Position numbers and translations under genes: made by a program. Source: Octopus sinensis (lineage: Eukaryota). From it: DNA of 64,000 nt. Below the pieces are notes generated by a model, which saw only the letters and a list, made by a program, of their open reading frames with translations, made no database searches and had not been told where the DNA came from. Numbering within the stretch: the first letter of the stretch is position 1; each line of letters starts with the position of its first letter. Where the stretch lies: assembly GCF_006345805.1 (NCBI RefSeq), contig NC_043021.1, positions 26,846,001 to 26,910,000 of the forward strand. Direction: 5' to 3'. This document shows positions 14,341 to 27,589 of the stretch, piece after piece.

Positions 14341-14529
14341 CACATCAGTGCAGAATAAAGTTGTTTATGATATCACATAGTGAAACTGAACCTGAGACCT
14401 CATGGTTGGGAGGCAAGTTTCCTAACCACAAGGCCATACCTGCACATTATATTGTGTTGAGTCAAAAGTTTTGCACTATATTGGTAATTTATTTCCTTTA
14501 TTTATCAAATTACAACAAAAGCAGTTCCA

Positions 14530-14700
14530 AGACTCACTTCCTGTGCTTGCAACACTTTTATCAACCAAGTGGAGGTGGAAGCTTCAGTGATGGAGTTGTT
14601 CACCTCGAAGGACAAGAGCTGGTATCGGTGTGGAATCAAAGAACTGGCAGAAAGGTGATTTCAAATGGTGAAACATGGTGGCCTCTACTTTGAATGTTGG
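14530..14700 (+). mobile_element. Mariner transposase C-terminal remnant
   Basis: Translates as QVEVEASVMELFTSKDKSWYRCGIKELAER*FQMVKHGGLYFE, matching the mariner end motif FFxSKxxxFYxxGIxxLxERWxxxxxxxGxYF. Confidence 0.65.
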
Positions 14701-15063
14701 GCTGCTTTTGTTGGAACTTAATGAATAAAACCAATATGTTAGCAAAATATTAAACAACTTTTAACTCTACACAATATTTTTAGCTCTGTTACCATCACTG
14801 CAAAGAGAAGTAATATGTTAATGTGTGATAGTTTGAGAGGAATGAGGTAACAAAAGAGTATCGGAAAATAGTGTGTATCTGTGAGCGTGTGTTTGTGTTT
14901 GTGAGTGTGTGTGTGTGTGTGTGAGTGTCTGTGTAAGAGAGAGACAAAGAAAATAAAGAAGAGGGACAGAAAAAGAAAGAAATAAAGAAAGAGGGAAAAG
15001 AAGAAGAAAATGAAGAAGAGAAGGGATGAGCAGCAAAAGGAAGGGAGGAAAGATCCAACTTAC

Positions 15064-15196
15064 CGATATGCACTGTCATCCATCAGTTTGGAACGATTTA
15101 TTTTCCTGCAATCTGTGAAGCGGAACGATAACTGCTGCAGTTCCTCAGCCCAGGTGTGTAAGTTGCCGCTACCAAATAATGCTAAGCCACCACCAC
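15064..15196 (-). CDS. Second coding exon of the same metallopeptidase gene (133 nt)
   Basis: tttattcAG|GT GGT GGT GGC TTA GCA TTA TTT GGT...GCA TAT CG|GTAAGT. Phase matches exon 1 and gives HTAL-GGGGLALFGSGNLHTWAEELQQLSFRFTDCRKINRSKLMDDSAYR, the family's HxALGGGxLALFG motif. Too short for the ORF track. Confidence 0.9.
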
Positions 15197-16622
15197 CTGA
15201 ATAAACATGCAGGGAAAGAATACAGTTAGCAGGGTGTGTGTGTGTGTGTGTGTGTGTATGTGCAATGCATGTTTAAATGTATGTGTATGCATATGTATGT
15301 ATGCATACGTGTGTATGTTTGCATGTGTGCACGTGTATATGTTTGTTTGTGCTTGTATGCATATGTGTTTATGTGTACTGATGTGTACATATATATGCGT
15401 GTGTGTGCATATGTATGTGTGAATGTGTAGGTCTGTGTGAGTGTATATTTGTATGTGTGTGTGAGTGCACATGTGTATGTATGTATGTATGTATGTATGC
15501 AGAAGTCTTCCTGTAAGGAAGGAGCTGGTTTCAAACGAAGATACAAAGCTCCATCATTTGAACTTAGATAACAAAAGCAAATTTCACTTTAGAACTTCAG
15601 AAAAGTTTTGCATATTTTTATTGCTTTTGTAATGTGCATGTTTGCTGGTTGATTTACTTTTCTGAAAACCCCAGTCTTTCATTCATTCAGGGTCAATATA
15701 ATAAAGTATCAATCAAATACCGAGGGTCAATATGATCAGTTTGCCATTTCCCCTCAAAATTGTTGGCCCTGTACCAAAATTAGGAAGAATTATTCTTTGT
15801 TCTTTATCTTTTACTTGTTTCAGCCATTAAACTATGCCCATGCTTAAAGAATTTTTAGTCAAATGAATCAACCCCGTACATATTTTTTAAGCCTGCTACT
15901 TATTCTATCAGTCTCTTTTGCCAAACTGTTAAGTTACAGGGACATAAACACATTAACACTGGTTGTCAAGCAGCAGTGGGAGACAATCACAGACACAGAG
16001 CCACACTCACACACACACACACGACAGGTTCCTTTAAGTTTCCATCTTCCAAATCCACTCAGTTTGATTAGCCTAAGGCTATAGTAGAAGAGACTTGCCC
16101 AAAGTGCCATGCAGAGGAACTGAACCTGGATCCACATGGTTGGGAAGTAAGCTTCTTACCACACAGCCACACCTGCTAACAAGTGCTTGACAAGTCTGCT
16201 CCATCGCTGAGTCTTGGCATCTTAGTTACAGTCCCTTGTCATTTAGTTTGTCTGGTTCAGCATTTCCTGTGATCAACCTTCAAAACTGCTCTTATCATCT
16301 GTCCCTGTACTTCTCCCTTTGAAATACTTAACCCTTTTTACCCCTGCCAAATTGTGCATTCTTCATGTGGATCATCAATTCATACCAGCACAAGCAGTCT
16401 TCAGTCTTGTACACCATGATCAATTCTGTTTTACTTGTTTCAGTCATCAGAATGTGGTCATGATGGGGTACCAACTTGAAGGAATCATTTTGTCAAGCAG
16501 ATTAACCCCCAAGTACTTACTCTATTGGTCCCTTTTGCTGAACTGTTAGGTTAGAGGGACACAAATGAAAGCAAAGATATACACACAAATACCTGTATAC
16601 AAAATATCTCTCTGTATGTATC

Positions 16623-16676
<54 letters not shown>

Positions 16677-17424
16677 ATCATTAATATCACTGTCATCATT
16701 TAATATCTGCTTTCCATGCTGGCATGGGTTGGACAGTTTGACAGGAACTGGTCAGCTGGAGAGATACCCAGGCTTCGTTTGTCTGTTTTGGCATCGTTTC
16801 AATGGCTTGATGCCCTTCCTAACATGCCAACCACTTTACAGAGTGTACTTGGTGTTTTTAATGTAACACAGGCACAGACACTTTTATATGGCATTGACAT
16901 GGACTCTTTTACAAAGCATTGGCATCGGTGCTGCTTGTACATGGCAGTTTCACAGGTGCTTTTACATGGCACCATCACCCATGAGACCACAAGATTAGCA
17001 TCTCTTGGCTGAGAGAGGGATATAGAGGACATACCTGTAATCAGGGTCAGCTACAATTGTACTTCACTTGAGAGGCCATGATTTTTTTTAGATTGACACA
17101 CACACACACATACATATGTGAGGGTACATGGTCAAGTGATTAGGGTATTGCGTCCACAATCATGAGATCATGGTTTCAATTCCTGGACAAGGGGTGCATT
17201 GTGTTCTTAAGCAAAATACTTTATCTCATATTGCTCTGTGATCACTTTGACACCTGACATGTGGTATGCCATACACGTGGTCAGGCAACGTTGATTTGCT
17301 GAAGGATATGAGTAAATGTACATGCACATGCTCACTATAAACAAATTAATTTTGCAGGTTGTTCAATAAAATCTGAACACTTATTCTTTGTCTTCAGCAG
17401 GAAATTCCATCACATACATACGTG

Positions 17425-17459
<35 letters not shown>

Positions 17460-18938
17460 AGTAAAATTGCTAAAAACGTTACTAAAAATCTCTATTTTAC
17501 TGGGTGACCCAAAGCTATAGTAGAAGATACATGCTCAAGCTGTTATGCAATGAGATGGAATGTGACACCACGTAGTTGCAAAGTGAACTTCTAAACCATA
17601 CAGACAAGTTTAACAAATCAAACGTCCACAGAGATGCATCCCTCATTGACTTTATCAACCATATTTTACTTCATTTCAAAGCATCATGAAATCTGAAGTA
17701 GTAGAGAGGAATAATGGAAGCCCACATGCTAAAAGGATAACAACTGTCCCTCAGTAAGTTTTCATGAAGCCTCAGTGAGAAAGGCAGGGTATATTGTAAG
17801 CAACAACAAAATACATCACCAATCCTTATGTTAGCTTTTGAATATTTTTTCTATCCAAGGAATTCTATACACTAATATAAGTAGTTCGGTCTACTTCAAG
17901 TTCCACCATAAAAAATACAAATTAATTCAATTCTGTCCAAGATTCTAGATTCTTATAATGTAAACATCTTTTAACTATTGCTGGTAAGAACAACACTTCT
18001 AAAATGAATTACAAAAATTCAAAGTGTTGCTTTGGTCTAACAGTTAGCATCCTGGTCATGTTCACTGATGTGGATTCAAATTCCACTGGCAGCCTTCAAT
18101 TTATTCCCATCAAAAGGATTTATTTTTTACCCAATGTTCTACATGCTGTTATATATAGCTTTATATATTTTGTGTTGCACTGTTAAAGATATTTATTTCA
18201 ATTCCTTCAAAGATTCTAAATTCCTACAATCCTCCCTGTGAAGGCACATAGCCCAGTAACTAGGGTGTTGCACTCACAATTACCAGATCATGGGTATAAT
18301 TCTCAGAACAGGCTGCATTATATTTTTCTGAAAATTATGAGGAAAGAAAGCTGAATCGTGAGAATTTTCCCAAATTCCTCTCCTTGCCCCTTGGAAAGTA
18401 TTTTCATGACAAATTCCACTCTAAGCAGAAGTTACACCATATGAAAGGTGTTTTGCAGAAAATTTCATAAAAATATATCAATAACTCTGAAAGTTATAAT
18501 GAAACAAATTCAATGGGGCACATGTGTGTAGGTAACACACTATTCTTGTTCACAGATGTGGTCATGAGTGCCACAGGTAACCTTCAATTTTTTTCATTTT
18601 AATTTCTTTTACATATAGCTTCATTAAGGTGGCAAGGTGGTAGAATTGTTGCTCTTTAAGTTCGGAGATCAAATACTAGCAAGGTTAACTTTGCTTTTCA
18701 TCTTTTGTAGGATGGGGTGGGGATGATAAAATACATGCCAGTCAAGGACTGGGGTCAATATAATTACTTCCCCCTCCTCTCAAAATTGCTGGTCTGGATC
18801 CAAAATTAAAAAGAATTATTTAAAGCTTTATCTACTTCAAGTTTTACCATTAAAAAACATAATTTAACACTACATTGGTTTTAATTAATTTTCAATATAA
18901 CAAAGGATTTAGTAAAATAACTGTCTTGCTAAGTGAGT

Positions 18939-19336
18939 GGTGCAGGAGTGGCTGTGTGGTAAGTAGCTTGCTTACCAACCACATGGTTCTGGATTCAGTC
19001 CCACTGCATGGGACATTGGGCAAGTGTCTTCTACTATAGCCTCAGGCCAACCAAAGCCTTGTGAGTGGATTTGGTAGACAGAAACTGAAAAGAAGCCCAT
19101 CGCATATATGCATATGTATATATATGTGTGTGTTTCTGTATCTGTGTTTGTCTCCCCAACATCGTTTGACAACCAAAGCTGTTGTGTTTACGTCCCTGTA
19201 ACTTAGCAGTTTGGCAAAAGAAACTGATAGAATAAGTACTAGGCTTACAAAGAATAAGTCCTGGGGTCAATTTGCTCAACTAAAGGCACTGCTCCAGCAT
19301 GGCCGCAGTTAAATGACTGAAACAAGTAAAAGAGTA
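18939..19336 (+). mobile_element. SINE family B, full length
   Basis: ggtgcaggagtggctgtgtggtaagtagc...aaatgactgaaacaagtaaaagag. Similar plus copies at 22272-22705 and 42144-42553. Confidence 0.85.
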
Positions 19337-19858
19337 TGAAATTTCAATGAACGGTTTTAAATCTAAATCACTTTAGAACTGGACTTTGTAACATAGGAAC
19401 AAGAGCAGACACACGTGGGTTAGTATCATAAGTTTTGACAAGAGAAAATGCAGGCCAGAAAACTACTTGACAGTATGCCAGGTTTATGGAGTGAATAAGA
19501 GCAACACTTGCTGAATTTCTAATTTCCTGAATGGCATAACTGACCTTAAACCTAACTTATTCCCTCACCCACTCACCCACCTCCACAAAACTTACAAGAA
19601 ATTTATGTAATTGACATCACACTAAGATCCTCCTACCCTTCTCCAGACAATGGTACACAACTGCTCCAAGAAACTTGCTCCTAAATAACACCTGCCCTAT
19701 TCAATTCTTAGATCTTGTCAACAACACCAGAGATTATTAACCATAACAAACTGTCAAATTCACCCCCCCCCCCACAAGACACACACACACACGTGCACAA
19801 ATACACGCACACACACTAGCACACAGAGAATACCACACTTCTATGATATTCAGCATAT

Positions 19859-21568
19859 CATCATCATCATCGTTTAACGTCCGTTTTCCGTGCTAGCACG
19901 GGTTGGACGGTTCGACCGGGGTCTGGGAAGCCAGGGGCTGCTCCAGGCTCCAGTCTGATCTGGCAGAGTTTCTACGGCTGGATGCCCTTCCTAACGCCAA
20001 CCACTCCGCGAGTGTAGTGGGTGCTTTTTACGTGCCACCTGCACAGGTGCCAGGGGGGGTCCGGCATCAGTCACGATCGGTTGGAGCTTTTAACGTGCCA
20101 GCGGCATGGAAGCCAGCCAAGGTGGTGCTGGCAACGTTCGGATGGTCTTTTTATGTGCCACCGGCACAGAAGCCAGTTGGGGCGGCGCTGGCATCGGCCA
20201 CGTTCGGATAGTGCTTTTTATGTGCCACCGGCACAGGCATCACAACTACTATTTCCATTGATTTTTTTTTTCAACGTTCATGTTCATGTACTTGACTCAA
20301 CAGGTCTCCTCAAGCACAGCGGGACGTTCTGGGATCCGGGGTACTTTGAATGGGCAGGGGCTATGCGGAACTGTTGCAGGAAGCAGCCCGGGTCCTTCGC
20401 CATTGCCTCAGTGAGGCCCAACGCTCTGAGGTCATGCTTGACTACCTCATCCCATGTCTTCCTGGGTCTACCTCTCCCCCTGATACCTTCAACTGTTTGG
20501 GAGTGGCACTTCTTCACACATCTCTCCTCATCCATCCGCAGCACATGACCATACCATCACAAGTGTCGCTCTTGCACACCACATCTGATGCTTCTTATAT
20601 CCAGCATTTCTCTCAGGGTGCTTACACTCTGTCGTGCGTGCACACTGACATTACACATCCAGCGGATCATGCTAGCTTCATTTCTTTCAAGTCTACGCAT
20701 GTCCTCTGCAGTCACAGCCCATGTTTCACTACCGTGAAGCATGGCAGTTTGCACACATGCATCATACAATCTACCTTTCGCTCTGAGGGAGAGACCCTTT
20801 GTTGCCAGTAGGGGTAGGAGCTTTCTGAACTTTGCCCAGGCTATTCATATTCTAGTGGTGATACTCTCTGTGCATCCACCTCCACTACTAATTTGGTCAC
20901 CCAGGTAGCGGAAACTATCAACTACTTCTAGTTTCTCTCCCTGGAGTGTGATGGAATCTGTTTTCTGAGTGTCTGTGGTGTCTATTGTCCCTGTGCATCT
21001 GCCGCACATGAAAGCTATCTTATCTGTTAATTTCCCTTTAATGTTGCTGCACCTCTTGTGCGTCCATAGCTTACATTGGGTGCATCTTATGGAGTTTCTA
21101 CCTACACCTTTCCTACAGATCGACAAGGGCCACCTGCCCGAGGGGGTGTGTGCTGAGTTCGCCTTTCTGCTTACTATAACTTTGGTCTTTGCTACATTTA
21201 CTCTAAGGCCCTTTGATTTTAACCCTTGCTTCCACACCCGAAATTTCTTTTCTAGTTCCGGTAGTGATTCTGCTATGAGAGCCAGGTCATCAGCATAGAG
21301 GAGCTCCCAGGGGCATCCTGTTTTGAATTCCTCTGTTATTGCCTGGAGGACTATGATGAATAAAAGGGGACTGAGGGCTGAGCCTTGGTGCACACCTACT
21401 TCTACCCGGAATTCTTCACTATATTCGTTGCCAATCCTAACCTTGCTGACAGCCTCTTTGTATAGAGCCTGTACAGCCCTTATTAGCCATTCGTCAATCT
21501 AGTTTCCGCATCGACCACCAGATAAGGGAACGGGGAACCCTGTCAAAGGCTTTCTCCAAGTCCACAAA
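19859..21568 (-). mobile_element. 5'-truncated RTE-clade LINE (RT, PHD-like insert, 3' UTR, (GAT)n tail)
   Basis: Minus frames VDLEKAFDRVP...HQGSALSPLLF...LLYADDLAL...FRYLGDQ...MLHGSETW...GRGRPRKTW. The 3' UTR ends ccgtgctagcacggaaaacggacgttaaacgatgatg. Confidence 0.95.
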
Positions 21569-22364
21569 AGAAGAAACTTGCCCAAGATTTCACTCAGTAG
21601 GACTGAACCTGGAACCATGTGGTTGGGAAGCAAGCATCTTACCACACAGCCACATCTGCGCTGTTATTTTGCTTTTACTTTTTTCACTGTCTTCTAACTA
21701 CATAGGCACAGGTATGACCATGGGCACAGATGTGGCCATAGGGACAGGTGTGGCCATAAGCACAGGTGTGACATATATATACTCTTTTACTTGTTGCAGT
21801 CATTGGACTGCAGCCATACTGAGGCATTGCTTTGAGGAGTTTAGTCAAATAAATTGACCCGAGTACTTATTTTTATGTCTGGTACATATTCTATGAATCT
21901 CATTTTGCCAAACTTCTAAGTTATGATGAAGTAAACAAACTCAAAAGTAGTTAAGTGATAGTAGGAATGAGCACAAGCACAAAGATATGTACATGATGGG
22001 CTTCTTTCAGTTTCCATCTACCCAATCTACTTAGAAGACTTTGGCTGGCTCAGCATTATAGTTGAAGACACTTACTCAAGGTACTACACAGTAGGACTGA
22101 GTCCAAGACCATGTAGCTGGCAAGCAAACTTTAAACCATGCACCCATGCCAGCACCTACAGTCACACCTGTGCTTATGGCCACACCTGTCCCTATGGCCA
22201 CATCTGTGCCCATGGTCATACCTGTGCCTATGTAGTTAGAAGACAGTGAAAAAAGTAAAAGCAAAATAACAGCGCAGATGTGGCTGTGTGGTAAGATGCT
22301 TGCTTCCCAACCACATGGTTCCAGGTTCAGTCCTACTGAGTGATATCTTGGGCAAGTTTCTTCT
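21569..22364. repeat. 204-bp inverted repeat (arms 21569-21772 and 22161-22364)
   Basis: Arms are reverse complements with one mismatch seen (gatttcac vs gtgatatc). Spacer 388 bp. Confidence 0.9.
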
Positions 22365-23084
22365 ACTATGGCTATGGACTGATCAAAACCTTGTGACTGG
22401 GTTTGGTATATGGAAACTGAAAGAAGCCTGTCATACGTGTGTGTATGTGTGTGAGAGAGTGTGTGTGAGAGAGTGTGTGTGTGTGAGTGTGTATGTTTGC
22501 CCCACCACCACCACCACCACTTGACAACCAGTGTTGGTTTATTTACATCCCCATAACTTAGTGGTTTGGTAAAAGAGACCGTTAGAATAAGCACCAGGCA
22601 TAAAAGAAAAATAAGTACTGCGATTGATTCGTTTTGCTTTTAAAATTCTTCAAGGTGGTGCCCCAGCATGGCCGCAGTGTAATGACCGAAACAATTAAAA
22701 TGCTTAAAAACATAAACATACTTGTAGCAGTTACAAGAACCAGATTCGACCAACAGAAAGAAAACTGAACACTAGACAATACAGTAGAATTAAGATGGAT
22801 GATGCCAGTTCTGCTGGGAAGGCCAAACTCTCCAAAAGAAACTACAAGGAGAAAAAATGCTGCAGTTTGCTCTATAACAAGGTGGACATAGACAAATAGT
22901 TATGAAGATCAATTTGCAACTAAGTGGTTTTAGTTTCAATCCCAATGCCAGCACCTACTTTAGCCCCAAGCTGACTAATTGTTTGTAAATGAATTAGGTA
23001 GATAGAAATTGTGTGGAAGCCCAAGACACAGGCATTGCTGTGTGGTAAGAAGCTTGCTTCCCAACCACATGGTTCTGCTCTCTC

Positions 23085-23094
23085 ACTCAATAAC

Positions 23095-23154
<60 letters not shown>

Positions 23155-23197
23155 GATAATAATAATAACGATAATAATAATAATAATAATAATAATA

Positions 23198-23232
<35 letters not shown>

Positions 23233-23281
23233 GATAATAATAATAACAATAATAATAATGATAATAATAATAATAATAACG

Positions 23282-23318
<37 letters not shown>

Positions 23319-23618
23319 TAATAATAATAATAATAATAATGATAATAATAATAATAATAATGATAATCCTTTCTACTATAGGCACAAGGCCTGAAATTTT
23401 GGAGAAGGGGACATCCAGTGTTTCACTGGTACTTAATTTATCAATCCTGAAAGTCAACCACGGCGGAATTTTAACTCAGAACCTGAAGACAGACAAAATG
23501 CCAGTAAGCATTTTAACCAGCAGACTGACCATTCTGTCAGCCTGCTGCCTTAATAATAATAATAATAATAATAAAAATAATAATAATAAAAATATAATAA
23601 ATAATAATAATAATAATA

Positions 23619-23653
<35 letters not shown>

Positions 23654-23697
23654 TAATAATAATAATAAAAAAATAATAATAATAATATTAATAAAAA

Positions 23698-23728
<31 letters not shown>

Positions 23729-23758
23729 AAAAATAATAATAATAATAAAAATAATAAA

Positions 23759-23789
<31 letters not shown>

Positions 23790-23790
23790 T
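23085..23790. repeat. Long (AAT)n microsatellite interrupted by a minus-strand SINE A (about 23366-23550)
   Basis: aataataat runs with aac/gat variants. Confidence 0.95.
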
Positions 23791-24828
23791 ATATATATAT
23801 AGATAGATTTAAATATATCTTTATATATTTGTATATGTATATATGTGTGTGTGTGCTTGTTTGTATCTGGCTCCCTGTACCACTTGACAACTGGTGTTGC
23901 TTTGTTTGTGTCCCCATAACTTGACAGTTCAGCGAAACAGACCTTTACAATAAGTAGCAAATTTAAAGAAAATAAGTCCTGGAGTTGATTTGTTTAACTG
24001 ATCTCTTCAAATGGTGCCCCAGCATGGCTACAATGGAATGACCAAAACTATTTGGACATTCAAATCTCACAGTTTTGTAGCTGCAACAAACTCCAACCCA
24101 TACAGTTACATTCATGACATGAAAATGCCACTTCCAAGCACCCATATATATCAATAACTCCAATAGCCCTCACCCCGTCCCACCTCCAGACACTGTGCTG
24201 GGATGTGCACCGACAACACAATGTGCAGAGGAATAACAAACATCAAATTCTGACTAAGTCCACTTTACCTGCTTTTGTTGTGATCACAGGTGTAAAGAAA
24301 TAAAGTGGACAATGGTGAGAGTAGATGTCAATTTGAACCTAAGACCATTCATTATTGCTTGAAGGAGAGCGAAGTATGGACTTCTCTTAATAAGTGATTG
24401 GGTATAACTAGAGAGGTAGATCTGATGTGCTTTGCTGTTTGGTCAGCGTCTGGTATGATATAGGATGTCTTCATTAGGATTGGTCCCAGGTTACTCAATG
24501 ACAACAACAATGACAAAATAGTAAAAAAAAAAACAATATATAGCAATTTTCATCCTGCAAGAAACATTAGCTAGCATATCCTCAAATTACACCCTACCAG
24601 CTTGAGGAAGGGAAATGACACATTGGGATAATCACTACTAGAGTAGCCTTTGTTTGAAAATAGAAAATTAAGATGACCAGATGGTCACAGCTGGAACATG
24701 TTTAGGCATAGGTCTGCTTGATAAAGACTCACCTGAGGCAAAACGACGAAAACATCATCAAGTAAAACAACAACAACAAATATAATACCATGGAAAACAT
24801 CAAAAGATTTCAAAACTGTACAACCTAC

Positions 24829-25597
24829 CTAGTGCTGTGTGCCCTGAGGTATATTTAAGGATTTGACTGTAGGTTTTAGGAATGTTCCCTGGAGGGGGTT
24901 TGTAGCGAGTGAAGCTCATGAAACAATACCACTTGCACAAGTCCTTTCGATCAAACAGTGGTGACATCATGAGCTCCTTAGCGAAATATGTCCACAATTG
25001 TTGGCCTGTCATCTGTGAGGCCTCCTCAACTTGCAGTTTGCTTCGAAACAGGTGGCAAATTGGTTTGTTTGTATGCAGATCTGCCTCGATTTGAAATGTC
25101 TGTCGCTGGAAACCATGCTCCAGCAATTTTTCGGCAGTGAATGTCTGAAGCAGTTGTGCAGCAAATGCAATTCGACGCAGTGCACTTTCAGCAGTGCAGT
25201 CCTCCCCTGGGGGTCCTTGGAACTCACCACTGTCATCGGCACAGATGATGTAAACGGGACGCACAAAATGAGTAAAGTGAGGATTGATGAGAAACAAGGT
25301 GAGGATAACTTCCTCCTCTCCAAATTTGATGTGAACCAAGTTCTTTCCCAGTTCGAGATGAACCAGGGCCTTGAAACAGCCCTCCACAAGGAGCCAACTG
25401 AGAGTCTTCCCAGATGCGCTGCTTTTGTTCCATACCTGCACTTGGCTGTCGAGTGAGGAAGAAGAAGAAGAAGAAAAGGAAGAAGGAGAAGAAGAAGAAG
25501 ACTTTCCTGGTGCGGCTGAGACTACCTCTCCAACAAGAAGAGGTAAGGCAAAGGTCAGCTGTTCTCCATCGATGACATTGTGTACATGTATTACCAT
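24829..25597 (-). CDS. First coding exon of a YIL108W/Metallopep (PF12044)-like putative zinc metallopeptidase
   Basis: Acceptor ttttgctgcAG ends at 25636. An in-frame TGA lies upstream of the ATG at 25597. The open frame reads MVIHVHNVIDGE...VRPVYIICADDSGEFQGP...LLQTFTAEKLLEHGFQRQTF...KWYCFMSFTRY...SGHTAL-G and ends at donor G|GTAGGT (24828), phase 1. Family recognised from memory of its motifs, not by search. Confidence 0.85.
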
Positions 25598-25730
25598 TCT
25601 TTGGTCCACGAGACACGTAGATGTTCACACACAATCTGCAGCAAAATATAGAAATGTATTATGTTAAAGTTAGCAACAAGGAAAAGAACCAACAAAGAAC
25701 AACAACAAAAAAATTAATAATAATAATAAT

Positions 25731-25965
25731 CATCATCATCATCGTTCAATGTCCGCTTTCCATGCTAGCATGGGTTGGACGGTTCGACTGAAGACTGGTG
25801 AACCAGATGGCTGCACCAGGTTCCAGTCTGATCTAGCAGAGTTTCTATAGCTGAATGCCCTTCCTAATGCCAACCACTCTGAGAGTGTAGTGGGTGCTGT
25901 TACATGCTGGCACGAGGGCCAGTCAGGCAGAACTGGCAACAGCTACGCTGAAATGGCGCTTTTTA
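25731..25965 (-). mobile_element. Short RTE 3'-UTR copy with (GAT)n tail
   Basis: catcatcatcgttcaatgtccgctttccatgctagcatgggttggacgg...gtgtagtgggtg. Related short copies at about 16680-16990, 34790-34945, 44340-44527, 53440-53600 and 59641-59800. Confidence 0.85.
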
Positions 25966-27589
25966 CCTTCCACCTGCACATAAAACAAACCCAACCATTT
26001 GAGCATGGCCATTGCCAGTCTCACCTGACTGGCCCTTGTGCAGTGGCTCGTAAAGACTTAGTGGTTAAGATGCTGCACTCACAACTGCAAGATGAAACTT
26101 TCAATTCTCAGATGGTAAGGAATTGTGTTCTTGAGCAAAATACTTCATTTTTATGCTGCTCCAGTACACTCAGCTGCAAATGAGTAACCTTAGGACAGGC
26201 TGGCATTCCATTCAGTGGCCATGTTGGCCGGCCCTACGAGCCAACAGGATGACATCATTCAAAAGATACAATGGCCAAGGAAGTGCATTGTAACCAGTGG
26301 TGCATAATGACATCTGACAGCATGATTGATACAATGGTAATAATGAAAATATAACAAATAATGTAGACAGACAGCTGAATTTATGTAACATATGTAAAGA
26401 TGTTATATTGAAGATCAATACCAATCACATCGATCTGTATAAGACAGGAACATAAAAAAAGCATAAGAGTCAAACCAACAAGGAAGCCTACTCATTGTTG
26501 TTCAACCTGCTAGAAATAACAGCCAAATGTTCCTTGCATAGCATCTCATTCTCTTAACTTTTTAGCATTTAAAATGACCATATCCAGACCCAAATATTCT
26601 ACCTATTTCATGTTCAAATCAACTGGATCTGGCCTCTTGTAACTATTCTATAATGTTATTCTAAGAATACACAATTGCATCATTAAACCTTAAAAGCTAT
26701 GACATAATGCATGATTAATTCCAAGCATAAGCAATACATTTCACAGAGTAACCTAAATGTTAAAGAGAAGAACACATAGTTCTAGTTAGACCTGGTCCAG
26801 CAGATCTGTGATCGAAAATGTACCAGCTCAAGCCTGCTATACCATGAGTGGTATACAAGTTTTGCTGGGTCACAAGGTTGACTTGTAGCTCAACAACAAC
26901 AAAACCACCACCGCCGCCGCCACCACCACCATCACCACCAGCACTGTCGTCGTCGTCGTCATCATCATCATCATCAACAACAACAAAAACAGCACTACCT
27001 GAACTAAAAAAAACATGCACTTGTCTACAATGTATGAATGATTTTATTTATTGTCTTTTTCATTCAAGAGACGTAATTTCCTCCATGTTGTCTACCATCA
27101 TTCATACATTTACAAGGTTCAGAGTTGACTTAGAGCTGAACAAGAACTATTGTCATCATTGTTTAATGTCCACCTCTCAACTCTTGCAAAGAATTTGTTG
27201 ACGCAAATGTTTTCACAAAAGATTAGAAAGCAATTACACCACTGATGCTGGCACTGACTTGCAAATATTGTGTGTTGTCAAGACAAACACATACCTGCTC
27301 ACACACACAACAAGCTTCTTTTAGTTTCTGTCTACCAAACCTACATGCAAGGCTTTGGTCATCACAAACGATCATCCTAACAGCATCTCATCCAGGTCAA
27401 CTTTCTTCCTAATTAGTTGAGCTGTGACCTTTTTATTTCTTTACTACCCACCAGGGGCTAAACACAGAGGGGGAAAACAAGGACAGACAAATGGATTAAG
27501 CCGATTATATCGACCCCAGTGCGTAACTGGTACTTATTTAATCGACCCTGAAAGGATGAAAGGCAAAGTCGACCTCAGCTTGATTTGGG

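Noticed and set aside
14538-14643. Apparent minus-strand exon with ttctgccAG acceptor and GTGAGT donor just downstream of exon 2
   Set aside because: The peptide has no resemblance to the expected continuation, and the plus strand is a clear mariner C-terminus.
1-15063. Search for the next metallopeptidase exon (expected HExxH)
   Set aside because: No compatible phase-2 exon was found by eye. It is probably left of the window, though a miss is possible.
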